DNA of 64,000 nt from Acidiferrobacterales bacterium (GCA_947258385.1 CAMYII010000085.1:72609-136608); one strand, 5' to 3'. Positions 9,844-20,832 are shown, numbered from the stretch's first letter. Notes: a model not told the origin generated them from the sequence alone. Numbers and translations: made by a program.

Positions 9844-11100
9844 ATGCGCCTGTTTGCCTTCGGAATTAACCATAAGACCGCGCCGGTGGAAATCCGCGAG
9901 CAGGCGGCGTTTGCCCAGGACGAGCTGAGCAATGCCCTGCAAGACATCAAGGCCAACGGCGGCGCCGATGAGGCCACGATACTGTCCACCTGCAACCGCA
10001 CCGAGCTTTATTGCAGCGTCGACCAGGCGCAGAACAACCACATCATCGACTGGTTCTGTGACTATCACCGGTTCAACACCCATGATATCGAACCCTATCT
10101 GTACACCCACCCGGACCGCAATGCGGCCAAACACGCCTTCCGGGTCGCCGCCGGCCTGGATTCCATGGTCCTCGGGGAACCCCAGATCCTCGGCCAGATG
10201 AAAGACGCGTTCGCCCGGGCGCACAAGGCGGGCGCCACCGGCAAGCTGCTCAACCGCTTGTTCCAGCAGACCTTCTCGGTGGCGAAACAGGTGCGGACCG
10301 ATACCTCCATCGGCGCCAGCGCGGTCTCGGTGGCCTACGCCGCGGTCAGCCTGGCCAAGCAGATCTTTACCGACCTCTCGCAAGAGACGACGCTACTGGT
10401 CGGCGCCGGGGACATGATTGAGCTCTGCGCCCGCCATCTGAAGGAAAACGGCATCGGCCACATAATCGTCGCCAACCGCACGCTCGAGCGGGCGGAGCTC
10501 CTGGCGGAGGGCTTCGGCGCCGAGGCCATTACCTTAGCGGAAATGTCCACCCGCCTGTCCGACGCCGACATCATCATCTCCTCCACCGCCAGCCAGCTGC
10601 CGATTCTGGGCAAGGGCGCGGTGGAGAAGGCGCTCAAACGGCGCAAGCACCGGCCGATGTTCATGGTCGATATCGCGGTGCCGCGCGATATCGAACCGGA
10701 GGTCGGCGATTTGGACGACGTCTATCTCTATACGGTCGACGACCTGAAAGATGTGGTGCAGGAAAATCTCCAGTCCCGGCAGGAGGCCGCCAAGGAGGCG
10801 GAGAAGATCATTGACCTGCAAGTCATGCAGTTCATGCGCTGGGTAAAATCTCTGGACGCGGTGCCGACCATCCGCGCGTTGCGCGACAGCAGCCAGGCCA
10901 TCCGCGAAGCCGAATTCAAGCGCGCCCAGGCGAGGCTCGCCCGCGGCGAGGATCCGCAAAAGGTCATCGAGCACCTGGCCCGGTCACTGACCAACAAGCT
11001 CACCCACGCCCCCAGCGCCGCGCTGCGCAAGGCCGGCCATGACGCCGACGCCTCCCTGCTCGAGGCGGCGCGCCGGCTGTTCAATCTGAACGACGATTAG
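9844..11100 (+). CDS. hemA: glutamyl-tRNA reductase
   Basis: 418 aa. FGINHKTAPVEIRE, STCNRTELY and GEPQILGQ motifs. Followed by prfA. Confidence 0.95.
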   Translation: MRLFAFGINHKTAPVEIREQAAFAQDELSNALQDIKANGGADEATILSTCNRTELYCSVDQAQNNHIIDWFCDYHRFNTHDIEPYLYTHPDRNAAKHAFRVAAGLDSMVLGEPQILGQMKDAFARAHKAGATGKLLNRLFQQTFSVAKQVRTDTSIGASAVSVAYAAVSLAKQIFTDLSQETTLLVGAGDMIELCARHLKENGIGHIIVANRTLERAELLAEGFGAEAITLAEMSTRLSDADIIISSTASQLPILGKGAVEKALKRRKHRPMFMVDIAVPRDIEPEVGDLDDVYLYTVDDLKDVVQENLQSRQEAAKEAEKIIDLQVMQFMRWVKSLDAVPTIRALRDSSQAIREAEFKRAQARLARGEDPQKVIEHLARSLTNKLTHAPSAALRKAGHDADASLLEAARRLFNLNDD

Positions 11101-11103
11101 CCC

Positions 11104-12186
11104 ATGCAAGCCGCGATCCTGGCCAAGCTGGACGGGCTCGTCCAGCGTGCAGAGGAAATCAATGCCCTGCTTGCCGATCCTGAAGTGATCGCCGAACAGG
11201 ACCGTTTTCGCAAGCTCTCGCGCGAGCACGCGGAGATCTCGCCGGTGGTCGCGCAGTTCCAGGCCTACCAGCAGACCCGCGAGGAGCTGGCGGCCGCGCA
11301 CGCCATGCTCAAGGACGAGGACAGTGAGATGCGCCAGCTGGCCCAGGAAGAGATCCCGGGCATCCAGCAGCGCATCGAGGCGCTGGAGGCCGAGCTGCAG
11401 CGGCTGCTGCTGCCCAGGGACCCCAATGACGAGCGCAACATCTTTCTGGAAATCCGCGCCGGTACCGGCGGCGACGAGGCGGCGCTGTTCGCCGGCGATC
11501 TATTCCGCATGTACAGCCATTACGCGGAGAAACGCCGCTGGAAGGTGGAGGTCGTGAGCCGCAGCCCGGGCGAGGTCGGCGGCTACAAGGAGATCATCAG
11601 CCGCATCGTCGGCCGGGGCGCCTATTCGCGGCTCAAGTTCGAGTCCGGCGCCCACCGCGTGCAGCGGGTGCCGGAAACCGAGGCGCAGGGGCGCATCCAT
11701 ACCTCGGCCTGCACCGTGGCCGTGATGCCCGAGGCCGAGGAGATCGATGCCATCGACGTCAATACGGCCGACCTCAAAATCGACACCTACCGCGCCTCCG
11801 GGGCCGGCGGGCAGCACGTCAACCGTACGGACTCGGCGGTGCGCATCACCCATCTGCCCTCCGGCATCGTGGTCGAATGCCAGGACGAGCGCTCGCAGCA
11901 CAAGAACAAGGCCCGCGCCATGTCGGTGCTGCGCTCGCGCCTGCTCGAGGCGGAACAGCGAAAACAGCGGGAAGAACAGGCGGCCACACGCAAGAGCCTG
12001 GTGGGCAGCGGCGACCGCTCGGAGCGCATCCGCACCTATAATTTCCCTCAAGGGCGTGTCAGCGACCACCGCATCAATCTCACGCTGTACAAACTCGACC
12101 AGATCATGCTGGGCGAGCTCGATGAGATCATCGATCCCTTGATCGCCACCGATCAGGCCGAACTACTCGCCGCGCTTGCTGACTGA
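11104..12186 (+). CDS. prfA: peptide chain release factor 1
   Basis: 360 aa. GGQHVN (GGQ) motif and a PET tripeptide ([10 protein letters not shown], corresponding to the RF1 PxT motif). hemA-prfA-prmC synteny. Confidence 0.97.
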   Translation: MQAAILAKLDGLVQRAEEINALLADPEVIAEQDRFRKLSREHAEISPVVAQFQAYQQTREELAAAHAMLKDEDSEMRQLAQEEIPGIQQRIEALEAELQRLLLPRDPNDERNIFLEIRAGTGGDEAALFAGDLFRMYSHYAEKRRWKVEVVSRSPGEVGGYKEIISRIVGRGAYSRLKFESGAHRVQRVPETEAQGRIHTSACTVAVMPEAEEIDAIDVNTADLKIDTYRASGAGGQHVNRTDSAVRITHLPSGIVVECQDERSQHKNKARAMSVLRSRLLEAEQRKQREEQAATRKSLVGSGDRSERIRTYNFPQGRVSDHRINLTLYKLDQIMLGELDEIIDPLIATDQAELLAALAD

Positions 12187-13035
12187 ATGTCTACCACAGC
12201 GACCATCAAACAGTTCCTGCGGCAGGCCGGTCAGCAGCTGACCGGCAGCCCCAGCGCGCGCCTGGACGCCGAGTGCCTGCTCATGGAGGTGTGCGCCCTG
12301 TCGCGCAGCGAGCTGATCACCCGCGGGGAGCAGCCATTAACGCAAACGCAGACGCGGCAACTCCAGAAACTGCTGCAGCGCCGGCGGCAGGGCGAGCCTA
12401 TCGCCCATCTCACGGGCCGCCGGGAATTCTGGTCGCTGGCGCTGGCCGTCTCCAAGGCGACGCTGATCCCACGGCCTGAGACCGAGCTACTGGTCGAGCG
12501 CGCACTGGCGCGAATCCCGCCCGCCGCGCGCTGGACCATCGCCGATCTGGGTACCGGCAGCGGCGCGGTAGCCCTGGCCATCGCCAGCGAACGCCCACAC
12601 TGCCGGGTGATCGCCACGGATAACTCCGGGCAGGCGCTGGCGGTCGCCGAGCACAACGCCCGGCGGCTCGGGCTGAACCGCGTCGCGTTCCGCGTTGGTG
12701 ACTGGCTGTCGGCCCTCGGCGAGGATCTCGTTGACGTGATCGTGAGCAATCCGCCGTACGTGCACGAGGATGACCCCTGCCTGCAACAGGGCGATGTGCG
12801 CTTCGAGCCGGTGAGCGCGCTGGCGGCGGGGCGCGACGGCCTGAGCGCGATCCGTGCGATTCTGGCCGAGGCCAGGGCGCATCTACCCCCCAATGGCCGA
12901 CTGCTGCTGGAGCACGGCTACGATCAGGCGCCGGCGGTCGCGGGACTCATGCGGCAGGCCGGTTATGGCGACATCGGCTGTTACCCGGATCTGGCCGGCC
13001 ATGACCGGGTCAGCGAGTGCCGTGCCAAGGGTTAG
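12187..13035 (+). CDS. prmC: release factor glutamine N5-methyltransferase
   Basis: 282 aa. DLGTGSGAVALA SAM-binding motif and catalytic NPPY (VSNPPYV). The ATG directly abuts the prfA stop. Confidence 0.93.
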   Translation: MSTTATIKQFLRQAGQQLTGSPSARLDAECLLMEVCALSRSELITRGEQPLTQTQTRQLQKLLQRRRQGEPIAHLTGRREFWSLALAVSKATLIPRPETELLVERALARIPPAARWTIADLGTGSGAVALAIASERPHCRVIATDNSGQALAVAEHNARRLGLNRVAFRVGDWLSALGEDLVDVIVSNPPYVHEDDPCLQQGDVRFEPVSALAAGRDGLSAIRAILAEARAHLPPNGRLLLEHGYDQAPAVAGLMRQAGYGDIGCYPDLAGHDRVSECRAKG

Positions 13036-13087
13036 TGTAAGGCTCTCCATCTGGCTGCGCGCCACGCCGCGGCGTTAGAATCCGTTC

Positions 13088-13828
13088 ATGGATGAGCAGC
13101 AATTACAGCGCTACAGCCGGCAGATCATGCTGCCGCAGATCGGTGCAGCGGGCCAGAGCAGGCTGCTGCGCTCACGCGTGCTGATCATCGGCCTCGGCGG
13201 CCTCGGCTCGCCGGTGGCCATGTACCTCGCCGCCGCCGGCGTCGGGCACCTGGTGCTGGTGGATTACGACATGGTGGATCTGTCCAATCTGCAGCGTCAG
13301 ATCATCCACCGCACCGCATCCATCAACCAGGACAAGGTCGCCTCGGCGGAACAGGCCCTGCGCGCGCTCAACCCCGAGATTACGCTCACCACGTATCACC
13401 ACCAGTTGGAACACGATGCGCTGGCCAAAGAGGTCAGGCTCGCCGACGCCGTGGTCGATGCCAGCGACAATTTCACCACGCGCTTCGAACTCAATGAAAT
13501 TTGCGTCCAAGAGAAAACACCGCTCGTCTCCGGGGCGGTGGTGCGCATGGAGGGACAGGTCACCGTGTTTCAGCCCGCGCTCCCCGACAGTCCCTGTTAC
13601 CGCTGCCTGTACCACGAGACCGAAGGGCCGATGGAGGCCTGCTCGGAAGTCGGCATCCTGGCACCGGTCGCCGGCATCATCGGCAGCATCCAGGCCACCG
13701 AGACCATCAAGGTCTTACTCGACCTCGGTGACACCCTCACTGGCAAATTAATGGTCCTGGATGCCCTGACCATGGAATGGCGCACCCTGAAACTGAAAAA
13801 AGACCCCGATTGTCCTGTCTGCGCCTGA
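13088..13828 (+). CDS. moeB: ThiF/MoeB-family E1-like adenylyltransferase
   Basis: 246 aa. YSRQIMLPQIG, GLGGLGSP nucleotide loop and two CxxC pairs (CYRC, CPVC). No rhodanese domain. Confidence 0.85.
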   Translation: MDEQQLQRYSRQIMLPQIGAAGQSRLLRSRVLIIGLGGLGSPVAMYLAAAGVGHLVLVDYDMVDLSNLQRQIIHRTASINQDKVASAEQALRALNPEITLTTYHHQLEHDALAKEVRLADAVVDASDNFTTRFELNEICVQEKTPLVSGAVVRMEGQVTVFQPALPDSPCYRCLYHETEGPMEACSEVGILAPVAGIIGSIQATETIKVLLDLGDTLTGKLMVLDALTMEWRTLKLKKDPDCPVCA

Positions 13829-13830
13829 GC

Positions 13831-14244
13831 ATGGAACATGTTACGCTGCCACGGGCTTTGATCGAACGGCTGTTCGCGCAGGCACGGCATTCACCGGAGG
13901 CCGAGATCTGCGGACTGATCTCCGGCCATGACGACGAGCTCATACATTGTCATCCGGTAACGAATGTTGCGACAGACAGGACGCGTTTTTTTGAAATGGA
14001 ACCGGAGGGATTGATCGCCGCCATGCGGCAGATGCGCGAGCGCGGCGAAGAATTACTGGCCATTTATCATTCCCACCCCAACAGCCCGCCGGTCCCGTCA
14101 TTAACAGATGTACAACAGCATGAATACCCCAGTGTGCTCTATCTCATCATCTCGCTGCAGACACAAGGCGTGCCGGAGATGCGCGGCTATCGCATCAGGG
14201 ATCAGAAAATCCAGGAAGTCGCTATCGGTATATCTAGTACCTAA
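13831..14244 (+). CDS. JAMM/MPN+ (Mov34) metalloprotease
   Basis: The ATG at 13831 lies 2 nt after the moeB TGA. Complete JAMM motif HSHPNSPPVPSLTD (HxH-x7-S-xx-D) with an upstream Glu (EAEICGLISG). Confidence 0.82.
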   Translation: MEHVTLPRALIERLFAQARHSPEAEICGLISGHDDELIHCHPVTNVATDRTRFFEMEPEGLIAAMRQMRERGEELLAIYHSHPNSPPVPSLTDVQQHEYPSVLYLIISLQTQGVPEMRGYRIRDQKIQEVAIGISST

Positions 14245-14283
14245 GTATCCAGGATCTAGGACCTAGTCACTAGCAACTGCTGA

Positions 14284-14880
14284 CTAGTGCCCGTCCATGC
14301 CAAACAGACCGGAGTGCAGCATCGCCCACTGCTCCGGCCAACCGTCCATGGGCGGGACACGGAATTCGCTGCGCACGAACTGGGCGATGCGTCCCTCCGC
14401 CACCGCCAGCAGCAGGCTCGCGGCCTCGGACACCGGGATGCGGCCGTTGCCTTGCAGCTCGCCCTCGCGCAGGATCTGCTTGAGTTGGGTTTCCAGGCGG
14501 TCGAACATCTGCGAGACGCGGGTCCGCAGGCGTTTGTTCTCACCGACCAGCACGTCGCCCTGCATCAAGCGGGTGATCCCGGGATTCTTGGCGGCAAAAC
14601 CCAGCAACAACACCATGATCTGCTGCACGCGCCGGTCCACCTGTGGCTCCTCGGCCAGAATAAGATTCACGCGTGTGAAGATGGTCTCCTCGATGAACTC
14701 AATCAGCGCCTCGAGCATTTTTCCTTTGCTCGAAAAGTGACGATAAAGCGCGGCCTCGGATACCCCAACCTGCTTCGCCAGGGCGGCGGTGGTGATGTGC
14801 TCACCGCGGTTCTGCTCCAGCATGCGTACCAGGGTCTGCAGTATTTCCTGACGCCGTTCGCCGCTTCGCGCTTTGGGCAT
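14284..14880 (-). CDS. slmA: nucleoid occlusion factor SlmA (TetR family)
   Basis: From the ATG at 14880. RRQEILQTLVRMLE...ITTAALAKQVGVSEAALYRHFSSKGKMLEALIEFIEE aligns closely with E. coli SlmA, as does the C-terminal FVRSEF. Confidence 0.85.
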   Translation of the reverse strand: MPKARSGERRQEILQTLVRMLEQNRGEHITTAALAKQVGVSEAALYRHFSSKGKMLEALIEFIEETIFTRVNLILAEEPQVDRRVQQIMVLLLGFAAKNPGITRLMQGDVLVGENKRLRTRVSQMFDRLETQLKQILREGELQGNGRIPVSEAASLLLAVAEGRIAQFVRSEFRVPPMDGWPEQWAMLHSGLFGMDGH

Positions 14881-14938
14881 CCTTCCTCCTGTGCCTCGTT
14901 TTCTCTTTCTTGTTATAGCCAAAAAGCGGCGGCGCCGC

Positions 14939-15220
14939 TCAACCCACTTCCGCCTCGCCGGCCATGAGCCGGGCATCGATGACCCTGCCCGTCGCATCCA
15001 GACGCAGCCGATACCGTCCCCAACAGCTCACCCGCCCGGCCACGCAGCCGGCACCCTCCATGAGAATCTCATCAAAGGTGACGTTACAGAACACCGTGCC
15101 GGCGTCCTCTTTGAGGATCTCGACCTGCAGGCTGTCGGAATCGGGCCAGCCGTTCTGGCTGCACAACCGCGCGAGCGCCGGCGTTTGTTGAAAAAACTCC
15201 ACAATGGCTTTTGCTTGCAT
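14939..15220 (-). CDS. hypothetical protein (93 aa)
   Basis: ORF begins 9 nt after the argB stop on the same strand. No recognisable motif. Codon usage looks like its neighbours. Confidence 0.5.
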   Translation of the reverse strand: MQAKAIVEFFQQTPALARLCSQNGWPDSDSLQVEILKEDAGTVFCNVTFDEILMEGAGCVAGRVSCWGRYRLRLDATGRVIDARLMAGEAEVG

Positions 15221-15228
15221 CGGCGTGC

Positions 15229-16179
<951 letters not shown>

Positions 16180-16328
16180 CTAGCCCAATGCGGACCGCCC
16201 TCGGCGACCACAATCGGACACCGTGTGTGACAACTTACCGCATTCGGGCCGTCAAGTCAGCCGACTTGTAGGTCCATCCGCCAGTCGGCAGGTGCCGTTG
16301 CCCCTGGCAACACGATGAGCATAACGGC

Positions 16329-16350
16329 AAAAGGGCCGCTTGCGCGGCCC
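16329..16350 (-). terminator. putative rho-independent terminator of hsp20
   Basis: Minus strand reads GGGCCGC-GCAA-GCGGCCC followed by TTTT, about 65 nt downstream of the hsp20 stop. Confidence 0.55.
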
Positions 16351-16416
16351 TTCTATCCCAAGTCTTCGATCTGCGCCCGTTAAGCGCCGCGATACTGCCC
16401 GGCGCCCGATGGGAGT

Positions 16417-16869
16417 CTAACCCACGTTGACCGAGATCTTCTTGGGCTTGATTTCCTCGGCCTTCGGCAGCACCAGATTCAGGACACCGTCCTTATAGGA
16501 CGCCTTGACCTTGCTCTCGTCAATCTGCGTCCCGAGCCTCAGGCTGCGCACGTATTTGCCGTAACGGCGCTCCTGGCGAATGACGCGGTCGCCTTCCTTC
16601 TCTTCGGTATCGCTCTTGGTCTCGGCACTGATCGTGAGCACGCCGTTTTCCATATTGACGTCGATGCCTTCCTTGCGCACGCCCGGCAACTCGGCCTTGA
16701 CCACGAACCCGTCAGCGCGCTCGCTGACATCGATGGCCGGCACCAGGTCCTCGCTGGGCGCCTCTTCAAGCCAGCGCGTCGGTCCAAAGAAGCCTTCTAA
16801 CATCCGATCGAAGTCATTATCCCAAAGGCCCAGGCGGCCGGCGCGGGGACGTCGAATTAGATTGGCCAT
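16417..16869 (-). CDS. small heat-shock protein (Hsp20/IbpA family)
   Basis: 150 aa. Alpha-crystallin domain: PAIDVSERADGFVVKAELPGVRKEGIDV...GVLTISAE...YGKYVRSLRL...DGVLNLVLPK. Confidence 0.92.
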   Translation of the reverse strand: MANLIRRPRAGRLGLWDNDFDRMLEGFFGPTRWLEEAPSEDLVPAIDVSERADGFVVKAELPGVRKEGIDVNMENGVLTISAETKSDTEEKEGDRVIRQERRYGKYVRSLRLGTQIDESKVKASYKDGVLNLVLPKAEEIKPKKISVNVG

Positions 16870-16997
16870 TTTCTTACCTCCTTTGTGTGACCTGCCGTAC
16901 CGGCGCAGACCCGCTTGCGGCCCGGCCGGACGGCGTTGCTGTTACACCACCCCGCGACCTGGTTTGCCCAATGTGCCGCGGGCTCTCTTGGTCTTGG

Positions 16998-17025
16998 ATA
17001 TGGGGATACCGCGTATGAATTCAAG
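16998..17025 (-). promoter_or_regulatory. sigma-32 (RpoH)-type promoter upstream of hsp20
   Basis: Minus strand reads CTTGAAT (17025-17019), a 13-nt spacer, then CCCCATAT (17005-16998). This matches the heat-shock consensus CTTGAA-N13-14-CCCCATNT. Confidence 0.6.
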
Positions 17026-17098
17026 TCCACCCTGCGAGAGTCATTGGCGGGTGTGACGCGGCGCGTGGCTGCGCGAACTGAATGGCAGCGATGACTCG

Positions 17099-18448
17099 CT
17101 ACAGGATATAACGGGCGAGGTCTTCGTCACCCACCAGGTCGGCGAGGTGCTGGTCGACATAGGCCGCGTTGACCACAACGTTCTCACCGCCGCGATCGGC
17201 CGCTTCGTAGGAGATCGTCTCCAGCAGCCGTTCCATAACGGTGTGCAGACGGCGGGCGCCGATGTTCTCGGTTCGTTCATTGACCTGCCAGGCGATCTCG
17301 GCGATCCGGCGCAGACCGTCATCGGAAAACGAAAGCCCCACCCCTTCGGTTTGCAGCAGGGCGATGTACTGATCCGTCAACGAGCCGTCCGGTTCGGTAA
17401 GGATGCGCACGAAGTCTTCCGCGGTCAGCGCATCCAGCTCCACCCGGATGGGCAGTCGGCCCTGCAGCTCGGGAATGAGATCGGAGGGTTTCGCCAGATG
17501 AAAGGCGCCCGAGGCGATAAAAAGAATATGGTCGGTCTTGATCATGCCGTACTTGGTGGTCACCGTGCTGCCCTCGACCAGCGGCAGCAGGTCACGCTGC
17601 ACGCCCTCGCGCGAGACATCCGGCCCATGGGTTTCGGAACGCCCCACGATTTTGTCGAGCTCATCGAGAAACACGATGCCGTGTTGCTCGACCCGTTCCA
17701 TGGCCCGCGCCTTGGTGTCCTCTTCATTGATCATGCGGGCCGCCTCCTCTTCGGTCAGGAGTTTTATCGCCTCCTTGATCCTGACCTTGCGCGTGCGCGT
17801 GCGGTGGCCGCCCAGGTTCTGGAACATGCCCTGCAACTGACTCGTCATCTCCTCCATGCCCGGCGGCGCGATGATCTCCACGCCGACATTTGTCACCGAG
17901 AGCTCCACCTCGATCTCTTTGTCATCGAGCTCGCCTTCACGCAGCATTTTGCGGAACCGTTGTCGCGCCGCGCCGCTCTCTCCGTCGCGTTTCTGGCCCT
18001 CCGCGCCGACCGCAAACCCCATGTCGCGCGCCGGTGGCAGCAGGATATCGAGAATCCTCTCTTCGGCGGCGTCCTGGGCGCGCACCTTGAGCTTTTCCAT
18101 CTCTTCTATGCGCGTCATCTTCACGGCCATGTCCGCCAGATCGCGCACGATCGAATCAACCTCGCGGCCCACATAACCCACTTCGGTGAACTTGGTGGCC
18201 TCGACCTTGATGAAGGGGGCATTGGCGAGTCTGGCCAGGCGGCGGGCGATCTCGGTCTTGCCCACTCCGGTGGGCCCGATCATGAGGATGTTTTTCGGGG
18301 TAATCTCGTTGCGCAGCTCTTCATCGGCCACCTGCGCCCGGCGCCAGCGATTGCGCAGGGCGATCGCCACCGCCCGTTTAGCGGCCGTCTGGCCGACGAT
18401 ATGCTTATCCAGCTCCTGGACGATTTCACGTGGTGTCATTTCGGACAT
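17099..18448 (-). CDS. hslU: ATP-dependent protease ATPase subunit HslU
   Basis: 449 aa. [17 protein letters not shown], Walker [25 protein letters not shown]. Confidence 0.97.
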   Translation of the reverse strand: MSEMTPREIVQELDKHIVGQTAAKRAVAIALRNRWRRAQVADEELRNEITPKNILMIGPTGVGKTEIARRLARLANAPFIKVEATKFTEVGYVGREVDSIVRDLADMAVKMTRIEEMEKLKVRAQDAAEERILDILLPPARDMGFAVGAEGQKRDGESGAARQRFRKMLREGELDDKEIEVELSVTNVGVEIIAPPGMEEMTSQLQGMFQNLGGHRTRTRKVRIKEAIKLLTEEEAARMINEEDTKARAMERVEQHGIVFLDELDKIVGRSETHGPDVSREGVQRDLLPLVEGSTVTTKYGMIKTDHILFIASGAFHLAKPSDLIPELQGRLPIRVELDALTAEDFVRILTEPDGSLTDQYIALLQTEGVGLSFSDDGLRRIAEIAWQVNERTENIGARRLHTVMERLLETISYEAADRGGENVVVNAAYVDQHLADLVGDEDLARYIL

Positions 18449-18456
18449 GGGCTTGC

Positions 18457-18996
18457 CTAGATCTCCAACTCCTCGATTGCGAGGCTGTGATTGGTATAGA
18501 TGCAGATGTCCGCCGCGATATTCAACCCCTTTTCCACGATGGCGCGGGCGTCGAGGTCGGTGTTCTGCAATAAAGCACGTGCCGCCGCGGTGGCATAGGG
18601 GCCGCCGGAACCGATGGCGATCAACCCGGCCTCCGGCTCGATGACATCGCCGTTACCCGAGATAATGAGCGAGGCGGTCTTGTCCGCCACCGCCAGCAGC
18701 GCCTCGAGCCGCCGCAAGATGCGATCCGTGCGCCAGTCCTTCGCCAGCTCCACCGCCGCCCGCGTCAGGTGTCCCTGATGCTTTTCCAGCTTGCCCTCAA
18801 AACGCTCGAACAGGGTAAACGCATCGGCCGTGCCACCGGCAAAACCCGCCACCACCTGGTCCTTGTAAAGGCGCCGGACCTTACGCGCGTTGCCCTTCAT
18901 GATGGTGTCGCCCAGGGAGACCTGGCCGTCGCCGCCGATCACGACCTGATTGTCTTTGCGCACCGAGAGAATGGTTGTGCCGCGATACTGTTCCAC
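18457..18996 (-). CDS. hslV: ATP-dependent protease subunit HslV
   Basis: 179 aa. [41 protein letters not shown] start with six residues preceding the catalytic Thr. Confidence 0.94.
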   Translation of the reverse strand: MEQYRGTTILSVRKDNQVVIGGDGQVSLGDTIMKGNARKVRRLYKDQVVAGFAGGTADAFTLFERFEGKLEKHQGHLTRAAVELAKDWRTDRILRRLEALLAVADKTASLIISGNGDVIEPEAGLIAIGSGGPYATAAARALLQNTDLDARAIVEKGLNIAADICIYTNHSLAIEELEI

Positions 18997-19397
18997 ACTG
19001 AAAACCCTTTATGCTGGAAACGTTACAGAAAAACTGTTGCGGATGGTACGGCCGCTCAAGGCCGGCCGCGCCATAAGATAGCTGTTTCTCGCCGTTTTAC
19101 CGGGACGGCTATTCTAGGCCACTGGCCGGACCATCGCCAGCGTCATCAAAAAATATTTATCGTTTCGTGCATATTTTTTCATCGTCAAACGCTTGTCAAC
19201 GCGCGCATAAGCTGCCAAATAAACCGCCAGGGAACCCTGGAAACAGGGGCCCCTGGCGAATGAAGACGGTGTCATTTACCCAGCGTTTCACCAGGAGAAC
19301 CTTATGGGCATACGCTTTTCGGGCAGTGAAGAGTTCTCCGAACCCACCTTGCCGCAGCGGTCATGAGCTCCATGGCCGGTGCGGCCAAGCGCGGCGC

Positions 19398-20711
19398 CTA
19401 GTACAGCCCTGAGGCTTGTTCGCGCCCGGCGGGCGCGGCATCGCTCAGGATCCGCGTCTCCCCCTCGGTACGGCCGATAATCACCGCCCCGCAGGCATCG
19501 CTGAAGACATTGACGCTGGTACGGCACATGTCGAGGACACGATCGACGGCCAGAATCAGGCCGATGCCCTCGGCCGGCAGACCGATGGCACCCAAAATGA
19601 CCACAATGGCCACCAGGCTGGCAGCAGGGATACCGGCCACCCCAATGGAGGTCAACAGCGCCACCAGCACCACCGTGAACTGGGTCACGAAGCTCAATTC
19701 CAGTCCGTAGGCCTGGGCGATGAACATGGCCGCCACGCATTCATACAGCGCCGTACCGTCCATATTGACGGTCGCGCCCAGCGGCAGCACGAAGCTGGTC
19801 ACGCGATTAGAGACCCCGGCGTTGTTTTCCACGCACTTCATGGTCAGCGGCAGCGTCGCCGAGGACGAGGCGGTGGAGAACGCCGTCAACAGCGCCGGCG
19901 CCATGGCGCGGTACTGGCGCAGCGGATTGACGCGCCCGATCAGCGACAGCAACACCGGTAGCGTAACGAACATATGTACTGCCAGCGCCGCCAGCACGGT
20001 CAACATGAATAACGACAAGGGCTCGATGGCGCTGTAACCGGTGTCCGCGACCACCTTCGCTACCAGGGCGAACACGCCGAGGGGGGCGAATCGCATCACC
20101 CAGTTGGTGATCAGCATCATGACCTCGAACACACCCTGCCAGAAATTGGTCAGGACTTCGGTGTAACGGTCGCGTACCCGGGTGACGAAAAAACCGAACA
20201 GCAGGCAGAAAAAGATCAGGCCCAGCAACTGACCATCGGCCGCGGCGGCGACGATATTCGGCGGCACCATGCGCAGAAAGATCTCCGCCAGGTCTCCGGC
20301 ATCGCGTCCGGCGGTCTGCGCCAGCACCGCGTTGGTATCCGCACTGAGCCCAAGAATGTCCCGGGCCGGCTGACCGTCAATGATACCGGGGGCAATGAGA
20401 CCGACCAGGAACAGACCGACCATGATCGCGAACAGGCTGGTGGTCATATAGTACAGCAGGGTCTTGCCACCCAGGCGGCCGAAGGAGGCCGACCGGCTGG
20501 CCCCGGCCATGCCGGTGATGATCGAGGCGGCGATCAAGGGCACGATCAGCATTTTCAAGGCATTGAGGAACAGCGTGCCGAGAAACTCGTAGACGGCGTA
20601 AAACCTCACGCCGAACACCGCGCCATCGGTGCCCGTGAGGCTGCCGGCGAGCGCCGCCAGCCCCAAGGCGATCAGAATTTGCCAGTGAAGTTGCAGTCGA
20701 TAAAGCCGCAT
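19398..20711 (-). CDS. dicarboxylate/amino acid:cation symporter (DAACS family)
   Basis: 437 aa, polytopic. SSSATLP and NMDGTALYE signatures of the GltP/DctA family. Confidence 0.88.
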   Translation of the reverse strand: MRLYRLQLHWQILIALGLAALAGSLTGTDGAVFGVRFYAVYEFLGTLFLNALKMLIVPLIAASIITGMAGASRSASFGRLGGKTLLYYMTTSLFAIMVGLFLVGLIAPGIIDGQPARDILGLSADTNAVLAQTAGRDAGDLAEIFLRMVPPNIVAAAADGQLLGLIFFCLLFGFFVTRVRDRYTEVLTNFWQGVFEVMMLITNWVMRFAPLGVFALVAKVVADTGYSAIEPLSLFMLTVLAALAVHMFVTLPVLLSLIGRVNPLRQYRAMAPALLTAFSTASSSATLPLTMKCVENNAGVSNRVTSFVLPLGATVNMDGTALYECVAAMFIAQAYGLELSFVTQFTVVLVALLTSIGVAGIPAASLVAIVVILGAIGLPAEGIGLILAVDRVLDMCRTSVNVFSDACGAVIIGRTEGETRILSDAAPAGREQASGLY

Positions 20712-20832
20712 GGAACTCGCTCCGGTTCTGTCCGCTTAGGCGTGCAGCACGACCATAACACAGAATGCGAGGCGAACATCGGGTCATCAGGCACCGCCGG
20801 CACATCGTCGGACCTGAGACAATGGTCCGGCG

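Noticed and set aside
14245-14283. CTAG-rich palindromic spacer (…GGATCTAGGACCTAGTCACTAGCAACTGCTGACTAG…) between the JAMM gene and slmA.
   Set aside because: It is a short convergent gene junction. The CTAG clustering is explained by stop codons in several frames. No stable hairpin or T-tract is present.
18997-19160. Sigma-32 promoter upstream of hslVU.
   Set aside because: The minus strand has only CTTGAG (about 19046-19051) with no properly spaced CCCCAT-like -10 element. Not supportable from the sequence alone.
19167-19412. 81-aa plus-strand ORF in the hslV-symporter spacer, and the palindromes CCAGGGAACCCTGG and CAGGGGCCCCTG (about 19228-19258).
   Set aside because: The ORF has no Shine-Dalgarno, an odd composition, and overlaps the symporter 3' end. 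The palindromes, read on the minus strand and followed by GGTTTATTT, are more simply the terminator region of the symporter gene. Too weak to call as a feature.
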